Shown: piece by piece, positions 17,323 to 25,218 of the stretch
How positions within the stretch are numbered: the first letter of the stretch is position 1
How the letters are laid out: each line of letters starts with the position of its first letter
Assembly (NCBI GenBank): GCA_038747425.1
Contig: JBCDJV010000010.1
Location: forward strand, 16,521-80,520
DNA from: Bacteroidota bacterium
Lineage (GTDB): Bacteria; Bacteroidota; Rhodothermia; Rhodothermales; JBCDJV01
Reading direction: 5' to 3'
DNA length: 64,000 nt
Notes under the pieces: generated by a model
The model's input: only the letters and a program-made list of their open reading frames with translations
Told to the model about the DNA's origin: nothing
Database searches by the model: none
Program-made: the position numbers and the translations under genes

Positions 17323-18376
17323 GAGGCTGACTCCCCACGGGCGGCCTCCACCGGTAGAGCGTAACGCTGGGATCGGGGTCTGAGAAGATAACGGCGAGGT
17401 CGTAGCTACCATCGGGGCGGAGCCGGGCGGCGAGGTCACGTGGGTAGAAGTTGCGCCGGGCCTGCGGGTTGGGCTGAGTGAGACGGTGCCGCAAGCGCCC
17501 ATCCAGCCCGAACACGTCGATCTGTACCCACCCCGGCCGCATGTTGAGCACGAAGAGCTGATCCCCAGCCAGCGCAGCGGACTCGGTGAGGAGGGGCGCT
17601 TGGTGCTTCTCGCCCAGCATGAAGAGGCGGCTCCGCGCCAGCATGGGCGAGTCAAAGCCGACGAGCGAGAGCGTGTCCAGCTGACCCTCTGGAGTGAGCA
17701 CGTCGATCACCGGGCGAAAGCCTGAGAGGCTGATCAGAGAGTCGCCGTAGGTGCGCAGAAGGCCGGCGTGCCGCCAGTGGGGGCCTGGGAGTGGGGTTCG
17801 GGTGGCCACAGCGCCGCCCGGCTCCAGCCGAGCGATGGAGCCGTCTACGTCCTCGCCCAGGGTCTTGACGTAGTAGCCGCCCGGCCCCGCGGCGGCGTAC
17901 TGCAGGGGGCCTTGCTCGGGCACATCGTCTGGCGTGGGGATGCGGCGCACGACGGTCCCCTCGGCCAGCAGCCCCAGCGAGCGCGCCACCGGGTCGAAGA
18001 CCACCAAGGTGTCGCCGCGCTGTCCCGCTAGGAAGGGCACCTCAAAGGCGCCCTCGGCCAGGACCGTGCGCACCCGACCATCAGGCTCGAAGACCAAGAT
18101 CGCGCTCAGCTCGGGGTCGGCCACGTGGAGGGCTTCGCCAGGACCGAACTGGACCGTGCGCGGAAACGCCAGCGGCGTCTCCTCAGGGCCGGTGCTGGAC
18201 CAACGGACGGTCAGCGTGTCTACCGGCACCTGCTCCGCAACGGCCCGCGAGAGCGAGTCGGCGGGAAAGAGCTCTCGGCTGTCCTGGCGGTTGCACCCGT
18301 ACGGAAGGCAGCCAGACAGGATGAGGAGCAGCGACAGGCACAGCGTCCAGGCCTGGGTGGCAGATCGGCCTGTCAT
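17276..18376 (-). CDS. six-bladed beta-propeller-like lipoprotein (NHL/TolB-like)
   Basis: Lipobox LILSGC. Repeated strand motifs (ILVFEPDGRV, LVVFDPVARS, VIDVLTPEGQ, IDVFGLDGRL). ATG 18374-18376 overlaps the TGA of the DUF5989 gene (TGATG). The 3' end overlaps the accC 3' end by 47 bp. Confidence 0.7.
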   Translation of the reverse strand: MTGRSATQAWTLCLSLLLILSGCLPYGCNRQDSRELFPADSLSRAVAEQVPVDTLTVRWSSTGPEETPLAFPRTVQFGPGEALHVADPELSAILVFEPDGRVRTVLAEGAFEVPFLAGQRGDTLVVFDPVARSLGLLAEGTVVRRIPTPDDVPEQGPLQYAAAGPGGYYVKTLGEDVDGSIARLEPGGAVATRTPLPGPHWRHAGLLRTYGDSLISLSGFRPVIDVLTPEGQLDTLSLVGFDSPMLARSRLFMLGEKHQAPLLTESAALAGDQLFVLNMRPGWVQIDVFGLDGRLRHRLTQPNPQARRNFYPRDLAARLRPDGSYDLAVIFSDPDPSVTLYRWRPPVGSQPLSVGAGGPSERQTTQ

Positions 18377-18525
18377 CAAAAGAGGGTGTAGATGAACGGC
18401 GCCAGGGCCGAGCCTTGGGTGAGGACGATGAGGAGACTCAGCAGCAGCAGCACCACCACGATCGGGGCGAGCCACCACTTCTTCCGCACTTTTAGAAAGT
18501 CCCAGATCTGACCAATGCGAGACAT
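18376..18525 (-). CDS. DUF5989 / SxtK-like small membrane protein (49 aa)
   Basis: MSRIGQIWDFLKVRKKWWLAPIVVVLLLLSLLIVLTQGSALAPFIYTLF matches the remembered DUF5989 consensus (..FLKVRKK.WLLPI......L..L..GSA.APFIYTLF). The ORF-track start at 18582 runs through the heptad repeat. Confidence 0.8.
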   Translation of the reverse strand: MSRIGQIWDFLKVRKKWWLAPIVVVLLLLSLLIVLTQGSALAPFIYTLF

Positions 18526-18720
18526 AGGGAAGGGTGGATGGTGAGTGGTGAATGGTGAACGATGAACGGGGACAGCTCCCACGGCTCGCGGCTCATCATG
18601 CGTTGTGCACGCGCCATGGGGTTCTCAGTTGCAGAGCGCGCCGTTGATCAGACATCACGTCACCATTCAACAGGGCGTGTCCGTACGGGGAACGGAGGGC
18701 TGGACCTCGTTCAATCACTG
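18526..18720 (-). repeat. probable family B repeat copy (interrupted at its outer end by the family A element)
   Basis: Six heptads (CCCCGTT CATCGTT CACCATT CACCACT CACCATC CACCCTT on the minus strand) at 18530-18571 end 4 nt before the ATG. Joining 18720 to 18884 recreates a CTGGATTCGCATC terminal motif. Internal similarity to other copies is weak. Confidence 0.4.
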
Positions 18721-18883
18721 AGAGGCTAGCTATGAATGGCCGGTGAAGGGCTGCAAACGGCTCTGGAGCCGCCAGGCGGCGTTGCCTTCGTCGCCCGGGG
18801 CGCGGCCCCGCGCTCCTCAGGCGCCCAGCCTGGCGCCCCCCGCGCTCGTTTTCGCCGTCTTCATCCATGCATAGTCAGCCTCT
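18721..18883. repeat. family A inverted-repeat element, full-length copy (163 bp)
   Basis: Imperfect 19-bp TIR: AGAGGCTAGCTATGAATGG (18721-18739) and CCATGCATAGTCAGCCTCT (18865-18883), 16 of 19 complementary. The left 48 nt match 2815-2862 and the core matches 435-520. Confidence 0.7.
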
Positions 18884-18902
18884 GATTCGCATCCGGGCCT
18901 CT

Positions 18903-21242
18903 TCAGACGCCGCCCACCGCTTCGGACAGGGCGCGAGCCTCGGCTGCGGGTTCGTAGGTGGTGTCCGCCTCGACCCAGGCCTCCAGCGCACGGGCAAGGT
19001 GGCGGCGGGCGGCCTCGACATCGCCTCGGGCGTGGGCGGTCTTGGCCAAGCCGAGGTGGATGTCGGGGTGGGCCGGGTAGTAGGCGAGGGCCTCAGTGTA
19101 GGCCTGGGCGGCCCCGTCTAGGTCTTCTTGCATCAGGCGGACGGTGCCGAGTTGGGTCCAGACCTCCTGCTGGGAGGGGTCGCTGGCCACGCAGCGTTCA
19201 AAGGCGGCCTCGGCATCGGCCCACTGCGCCTGGTTCTGGTACAAGGAGCCCCGGCTCGCCTCGAACTGGCACACACTGACATCAGCGCCGAGCGTCTCCA
19301 TCTCGCTCATGATCTCGGTGAACAGCGCCTCGACATCCACGGCCTCACCTAGGTAGCTGAGCGTGAAGGCTTCTGCCAACGTGAGATCAATGTTCAGCTC
19401 ATCGGCTAGCCCTGCCTTGGCCGCGGCCAAGGCTTGCCGGGCCTCGGCGGCGGCACCGTGCTTTGCCAGATCGAGCGACGACATCGCCTTTGAAAACGCA
19501 AGCTGGGGCGCCGACGAGAAGGTGGCTTGTGTCTCAAAGGCCGCACGTATGCCGTCCAAGAACGCGGCTGACTGGCCGCGCACGGCATGGTAGAACTTGG
19601 CAAACCGGGACTCGGCCGCAAAGCGCTCACGCGGGGTACGGCTCTGCGCGATGGCTCGGCGGTAGAGCGTCTCGGCCTCTTCGAAGGCGCCTTGCTGCAT
19701 GTGCACGAAGGCCAGCGAGGTCATGGCGGAGATGTCATCCGGCTCCAAGGCCAGGGCCCGGCGATAGGCCTCCATCTTGCCGTCGAGGTCCCCCAACCGA
19801 CCCAGTACGAGACCAAGCTGCCGGTGCCCGTCGGCATCGTCCGGCACTTGCTCAATGTAGGACCGGTAGGCCTGCTCGGCTTCGTCCAACCGGGCACGTT
19901 CACGGAAGAGGGTACCGATGGTGAGCAGTTGCTCGGTTTCGCTCGGGTCCAGCTCCAGGATCTTCCGGCGCGCAGCCACCGCCTGGTCGATCTCGCCACG
20001 CAGTCGGTACAGGGACGCGATGAATTCCAACCCTTCTGTGTCCTCCGGGTAGAGCGTGGTCCACTGCAAGGCGGCTTGGAGGGCTTCCTCGGGCTGCCGG
20101 CTGTAGAGCAGCACCACACTATCCAACGCATAGCGGATCCGCTCTGTGAGGCGAAAATCGTAGCGCTGGGCTTGCCGGAAATCAGAAAGCCCTTCTGTGA
20201 AGCCGCTCTGATTGACTCGCAGCTGACCGCGGCCCACATAGGCATACGCGAACGTCGGATCGCGCTCGAGCGCCACCGAAAACTGCTGGTGGGCGCGCTC
20301 GGCGTCCTGCCCAAAGGTGTTCGCGTACTCCGCTTCCGCATAGGCCCGCAAGGCTTCGAGATCGGCTGTCAGCAGCTCAGATACGGGCAGGTCGATGGTG
20401 TCTTCGATGTGGCGGGCGGGCACCTCCAGGTCGCGCCGCACCTGCAGGCTCATGGCATCGACAAGCGCTAGAAGATCGGGGCCTTCATACTGGTGATTGG
20501 CCACCACCTGACCGTTGTCAGCCCGGTACAGGCGGGTTTCGACCTGAAAGCCCGCGGGTCCAGCGGCCCGGAGGGTGCCCGTGTAGGCATACGCCATCCG
20601 TGCGTCTTCGGCCAACTGCCGCTGGAGAGCCAGCGGGAGGCCGAAGCCGCTTTCGAAGCCGGCCCGCCGAGTTCGTTCGGCCAACATACCCTGCGTTGTG
20701 ACCACCATGAACGGATCTTGGGAGAGGTCCGCCCAGAGCGCTTCCGAGATTCCATGCCGCACCCAGTCGTGCGTGGCATCGCCGGTGGCGTTGTCCACGT
20801 AGAAGAGGACCACCCGCTTGCGGAAGGCACTCTTCGGGACCGTGCGCTCGACGGTGTTGCCGGCCGCATCGGTGAGCGTCACCGTCTCTTGCGCAGAGCC
20901 GAGGTCCTTCCCGCCAAACAGCAGCCCCAGCGCTAGCAGTGCCCCCACAATGTTGCAGGGGATGCCTACCGTGTGCAGGCGGGACCACCCTCCATACCGC
21001 TCGCCGGCGTGCGAGAGGACCAGCACGGTGGGCAGCAGCAGAATCAGCAGGAGCAGGCAAGCATCGACGAGATAGGGCGAGAGCACATAGCGATTGACGA
21101 GCCACTGGACAAACTGGAAGAAAGTCCAGGCCCCGGCGAGATACACCCCAGCCGTCTGCAACAGCCGCCGGTCAAACCAGGACGCGGCCTTGGCAGGCAC
21201 CGCGCCTGCGGTCGCGTCAGCACCCGAAGTAGATTCAGACAT
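18903..21242 (-). CDS. membrane-anchored tetratricopeptide-repeat protein (N-terminal TM helices, periplasmic-type domain, many TPRs)
   Basis: 779 aa from ATG 21242. Hydrophobic segments lie within the first 120 aa. TPR-like A/Y/L-periodic repeats run through the C-terminal 450 aa. Confidence 0.8.
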   Translation of the reverse strand: MSESTSGADATAGAVPAKAASWFDRRLLQTAGVYLAGAWTFFQFVQWLVNRYVLSPYLVDACLLLLILLLPTVLVLSHAGERYGGWSRLHTVGIPCNIVGALLALGLLFGGKDLGSAQETVTLTDAAGNTVERTVPKSAFRKRVVLFYVDNATGDATHDWVRHGISEALWADLSQDPFMVVTTQGMLAERTRRAGFESGFGLPLALQRQLAEDARMAYAYTGTLRAAGPAGFQVETRLYRADNGQVVANHQYEGPDLLALVDAMSLQVRRDLEVPARHIEDTIDLPVSELLTADLEALRAYAEAEYANTFGQDAERAHQQFSVALERDPTFAYAYVGRGQLRVNQSGFTEGLSDFRQAQRYDFRLTERIRYALDSVVLLYSRQPEEALQAALQWTTLYPEDTEGLEFIASLYRLRGEIDQAVAARRKILELDPSETEQLLTIGTLFRERARLDEAEQAYRSYIEQVPDDADGHRQLGLVLGRLGDLDGKMEAYRRALALEPDDISAMTSLAFVHMQQGAFEEAETLYRRAIAQSRTPRERFAAESRFAKFYHAVRGQSAAFLDGIRAAFETQATFSSAPQLAFSKAMSSLDLAKHGAAAEARQALAAAKAGLADELNIDLTLAEAFTLSYLGEAVDVEALFTEIMSEMETLGADVSVCQFEASRGSLYQNQAQWADAEAAFERCVASDPSQQEVWTQLGTVRLMQEDLDGAAQAYTEALAYYPAHPDIHLGLAKTAHARGDVEAARRHLARALEAWVEADTTYEPAAEARALSEAVGGV

Positions 21243-21445
21243 GATACTTATTTTTTGCAATTATCAGCCTGTAAGGTATGAGGAATCCAAGCTTTAGTCC
21301 AGCAGCCAACCCGTGGACCGTCCGGATAGACGTAGATGCGGGTAGCGTATGGTGAAGTGAGGTCCATGCATCGATCAACGACAAACCGCTGGAGATGTGT
21401 GTGGGACGCCTGGTAATGCGTAAGCCGTCGGAGCCACACCATTAC

Positions 21446-21625
21446 GAGTCAAGGGTTCACAGGGCCCCGTTCTGGGCTTCCTCCCAGCGCGCCACAGGCC
21501 GAGGCGCAGGCGGCTCCATCACCGCCCCACTCTCCATTTCCCATTCGCGCCGGAGGACGCGCACGTTTTTGTCGAGTCGTTTTCATTCCTTGATTTGCAT
21601 ACGTCATCATTCACACTTCACCACT
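21446..21625 (+). repeat. family B intergenic repeat
   Basis: GAGTCAAGGGTTCACAGGGCCCCGTTC is the reverse complement of 56245-56270 with an indel and a mismatch. The core aligns with 13968-14075. Heptads CATACGT CATCATT CACACTT CACCACT occupy 21598-21625 and run into the SxtJ stop codon. Confidence 0.6.
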
Positions 21626-22029
21626 CAGTAGGGTTTGTCTGCACGGGTGGCGGGGCCGTCGGGCTCGGGGGGCTCCCAGTAGGTCGGGGCGGCGGGGTCG
21701 GGGTGGAGGTGGAGGAGGTCCTTGCCCATCAGGCGGAGTACGATGCCAAGCGGCGTGATGAGCAAGAAGAAGGCCGCCGACAGGATCACGCGGGTCATGA
21801 TGGCACCCAGCACCAACGCCAGCTTCATCCATGCCCATTCGATGGGGCGCAGAACCACGGGGACCACGAGGCCCGTGAGGCCGAAGAACGCAGCCACACC
21901 CAGCACGTAGGGCCAAGCGGCCCCGTCTTTCCACCATACGACCGCCGCGATCAGGCTGAATGCACCGGCCATCACCCCGCCAAACTGGCGAAGCTCTTTG
22001 GTCGTTTTGGGAGCGCTGGGGATCATCAT
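21625..22029 (-). CDS. SxtJ-family membrane protein
   Basis: 134 aa. TKELRQFGG ... WMKLALVLGAIMTRVILSAAFFLLITPLGIVLRLMGKDLL fits the remembered SxtJ pattern (KELREFG ... W.KL...LG..N..I.L...F..V..P......L.G.D.L). Confidence 0.75.
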   Translation of the reverse strand: MMIPSAPKTTKELRQFGGVMAGAFSLIAAVVWWKDGAAWPYVLGVAAFFGLTGLVVPVVLRPIEWAWMKLALVLGAIMTRVILSAAFFLLITPLGIVLRLMGKDLLHLHPDPAAPTYWEPPEPDGPATRADKPY

Positions 22030-22102
22030 CGGCGGGATACGCGGAGCAGCGGAGGCTCGCGATGTACGCCCAACGACGCCGGATGTTGTCGGCAGGGCTG
22101 CG

Positions 22103-22651
22103 CTACGGAGTCACCGTCTCGGCGCGGAGATAGAAGGTGCGCTTTTCGAGCCGCTCCCGGTCCACCCGGTTGAGATCCCACGTGCCGAGCCAGTCGGGCG
22201 CCTCTCGCACGCGGCCGGTCAGGTCCACCGTTTCGAGCAGGTTCAAGGCGGCACTGGCCAGCCCGGCCGCGCGCACGGTGCGGCGGAGTGCCTCTGGGTC
22301 ATCCACCACCACGAAAAGCCGCTCCTGGTTGTCGCCAATTAGCCAGAAGGTGCTATCGCCCAAGGCGCCGTCGATCTGGACGTCGTTCAAGGCCACCGGG
22401 CGGTCCAGCAGGGTGGGCGGGGTGCCGTCCACGAGCAGGCCGAAGCGCGTGATGACGGACTCTTGAAAGGCATCGGCCGGCATCGTACCCTCCTCCGCGG
22501 GGTTGGGGGTACGGACCGAGATCGGCCGCGGTTGGTCAGGGTCGTCCGTCCGCTCGGCGTACAGGAACAGCCCGCTCCCCACCACGAGGAACAGGATCGG
22601 GGTCATCACACGGACCCAGCGTATCTGGGCTTGCACAGACAGTCGGGGCAC
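22103..22651 (-). CDS. hypothetical signal-anchored protein
   Basis: GC3-rich ORF with one N-terminal TM helix (MTPILFLVVGSGLFLYA) and no recognised domain. The start may be GTG 22651 or ATG 22606. Confidence 0.55.
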   Translation of the reverse strand: MPRLSVQAQIRWVRVMTPILFLVVGSGLFLYAERTDDPDQPRPISVRTPNPAEEGTMPADAFQESVITRFGLLVDGTPPTLLDRPVALNDVQIDGALGDSTFWLIGDNQERLFVVVDDPEALRRTVRAAGLASAALNLLETVDLTGRVREAPDWLGTWDLNRVDRERLEKRTFYLRAETVTP

Positions 22652-22787
22652 AGCATCCTCCTAGGCTCATTCCTGTTTTCAATATTTTCTGAAAGTCGCG
22701 GATGGGGGCCAGGATCCAGTCTATCGGCCACGGGCCTTCTTCGTATCTTCATCTTCACGCTTCGCTTGCCGAGGACCGGCCCCGCTC

Positions 22788-23174
22788 ATGACCGTACTGT
22801 ACCTGGACCACGTCTCGTTGCCGGTGGCGGAGTTGGACCGCAGCGTGCACTTCTACGGCCGCGTACTCGGGCTGGAGACAGTGCGGCGGCCGGCCTTCGC
22901 CTTTCCCGGCGCTTGGTTCAAGCTTGGGCCGGGGCAGACCCTGCACCTGATCGAAGCGCACGAGGCCACCGTGCCCGGCGGATCGCGGAGCCACCACTTC
23001 GCTCTGCGTGTGGCGTCCGTAGAGGCTGCAGCCGAGGCGCTCCGTGAGGCCGGGCTCAGCCCCATGCGCGGCCCCAAGCAGCGACCGGACGGCGTGTGGC
23101 AGGTCTTCTACCAAGACCCAGACGGTCACTACCTGGAGCTGACCGAGGCCACACCAGGGCTCGGCTCAGTCTAG
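22788..23174 (+). CDS. VOC-family (glyoxalase/bleomycin-resistance/dioxygenase fold) protein
   Basis: LDHVSLPVAELDRSVHFYGRVLGL ... HHFALRV ... YQDPDGHYLEL is the typical VOC beta-alpha-beta-beta-beta module with metal-ligand His/Glu positions. Confidence 0.85.
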   Translation: MTVLYLDHVSLPVAELDRSVHFYGRVLGLETVRRPAFAFPGAWFKLGPGQTLHLIEAHEATVPGGSRSHHFALRVASVEAAAEALREAGLSPMRGPKQRPDGVWQVFYQDPDGHYLELTEATPGLGSV

Positions 23175-24986
23175 CGCCACGGGCGCCGGCAGGGCCTCCA
23201 CGGCGCTCGTCGCAGGCTGCTCGTGCTTGTAGAGCAGGTGGTCCTCCAGCACCAGCACGTCCATCTGGGTGCGCATGAAGCAGCGGTAGGCGTCCTCGGG
23301 GGTGCACACGATGGGCTCGCCGCGCACGTTGAACGAGGTGTTGATGAGCATACCCACCCCCGTCCGGGCCTCGAAGGCCTGGAGCAGCCGATGATAGCGC
23401 GGGTTGGTCTCCGAGTGGACGGTCTGGATGCGCGCCGTGCCGTCCACATGGGTGATGGCCGGCAGGACGCTACGGGGCACCTTCAGCTTGTCAAGCCCGA
23501 AGAGGGCGTCCTGCTCGGGCGTGGTGGGCAAGCGCTGCTCCTCGGCGAGCGGCGCCACCAGCAGCATGTAGGGCGAGGGTCGATCCAACTCAAAGAACGT
23601 GCTGACCTCACGGGCCAGCACCGACGGCGCAAAAGGCCGGAACGACTCCCGCGCCTTGATCTTGAGGTTGATCGTAGACTGCATCGTCCGGCTACGCGGG
23701 TCGCCCAGAATGCTGCGCCCCCCCAAGGCCCGGGGCCCAAACTCCATGCGCCCCTGAAACCAGCCCACCACGTGCCCCTCATCGAGCAGTGCCGCCACGC
23801 GGTCCAGCAGGGCGTCATCGTCCAGGCGGTGCGCCACGGCGCCCGTCTCAGTGGCTAGCCAGTCGGCGACGTCGTGGGCGGTGAAGCGGGGGCCTAGGTA
23901 GGTGCCCTGCATGGTGTCCTGCCCGGGCACGATGGTGCGCGCGTGCCCCAGCACCTGGTGCCAGGCGAAGAGGGCTGCGCCAAGGGCGCCTCCAGCATCG
24001 CCCGCGGCGGGCTGGATCCACAGGTCGTCGAACAGCCCCTCGCGCAGCACCTTGCCGTTGGCCACACAGTTGAGCGCCACGCCGCCCGCCAGGCACAGGT
24101 GCCGCTGCCCGGTGGAGCGGCGCACGTGGCGCGCCATGCGCAAGACCACCTCCTCGGTGACCGCCTGCACTGACCGCGCCAGGTCCATCTCCCGCTGCGT
24201 GATCGGCGTCTCAGGCGCTCGCGGTGGCCCCCCGAAGAGATCGTGGAACCGCGAGGACGTCATGGTGAGGCCCTGGCAGTAATTGAAATAGTCCAGGTCC
24301 AGCCGGAAGGAGCCGTCCTCGCGCAGATCCATGAGGTGGTCCAGGATGGTCTGCGCGTAGCGCGGCTCGCCGTAGGGCGCCAGGCCCATCACCTTGTACT
24401 CACCCGAGTTGACGCGGAAGCCGGTGTAATAGGTGAAGGCCGAGTACAGCAGGCCGAGACTGTGGGGAAAGCGCAGCTCAGCCTGGAGGTCGAGCGTGGA
24501 CCCCGCTCCGGTACCCCAGGTGGCGGTGGCCCACTCACCCACCCCGTCGAGCGTCAGGATCGCCGCTGATTCGTAGGGCGAGGGGAAGAAGGCGGAGGCG
24601 GCGTGGGACTGATGGTGCTCGGGGTACAGCACCGGTCCCTCGTAGTCGAGCGCTCGGCGGATCTGCTCCTCCATCCACAGCTTCTCCTTGAGCCACAGCG
24701 GCATGGCCTTCATGAAGGACACCAGGCCCCGGGGCGCGAAGGCGAGATACGTCTCCAGCAGCCGCTCGAATTTGAGCCACGGCTTGTCGTAGAAGGCCAC
24801 GTAGTCTACGTCGCCCATGGTCTGCCCCGCCTCTTGCAAGCAGTAGGCCACCGCATGAGCCGGGAAGGCGGCGTCGTGCTTGGTGCGCGTGAAGCGCTCC
24901 TCCTGTGCCGCCGCCACGATCCGGCCGTCGCGCACCAGGCACGCGGCGGAGTCGTGATAAAACGCGGAGAGCCCGAGGATAGTCAT
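23166..24986 (-). CDS. carbamoyltransferase (NodU/CmcH/SxtI family)
   Basis: MTILGLSAFYHDSAACLVRDGRIVAAAQEERFTRTKHD. The 606 aa length and two-domain layout are typical of O-carbamoyltransferases. Confidence 0.9.
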   Translation of the reverse strand: MTILGLSAFYHDSAACLVRDGRIVAAAQEERFTRTKHDAAFPAHAVAYCLQEAGQTMGDVDYVAFYDKPWLKFERLLETYLAFAPRGLVSFMKAMPLWLKEKLWMEEQIRRALDYEGPVLYPEHHQSHAASAFFPSPYESAAILTLDGVGEWATATWGTGAGSTLDLQAELRFPHSLGLLYSAFTYYTGFRVNSGEYKVMGLAPYGEPRYAQTILDHLMDLREDGSFRLDLDYFNYCQGLTMTSSRFHDLFGGPPRAPETPITQREMDLARSVQAVTEEVVLRMARHVRRSTGQRHLCLAGGVALNCVANGKVLREGLFDDLWIQPAAGDAGGALGAALFAWHQVLGHARTIVPGQDTMQGTYLGPRFTAHDVADWLATETGAVAHRLDDDALLDRVAALLDEGHVVGWFQGRMEFGPRALGGRSILGDPRSRTMQSTINLKIKARESFRPFAPSVLAREVSTFFELDRPSPYMLLVAPLAEEQRLPTTPEQDALFGLDKLKVPRSVLPAITHVDGTARIQTVHSETNPRYHRLLQAFEARTGVGMLINTSFNVRGEPIVCTPEDAYRCFMRTQMDVLVLEDHLLYKHEQPATSAVEALPAPVALD

Positions 24987-25218
24987 GGCCTAGGGGGCGA
25001 GCCGATGGACAGGTGTTTGTGGTCAACAGGGCTCTACGACGAGTGCGGCCAGGAGGTCCAATGAGAGGCTCCTTCCCGATCAGCTACCCGCAGTCCTCCC
25101 TCGCGGAACTCAATCCAACCCACCGTACATTGAACCGGCCGGAGACCCCTGTGCCGCAGAAACCACACGACGGACCCTGCGAAGCGGTGTAGCTTCGAGG
25201 ACGCCCTAGCATCCGCTC

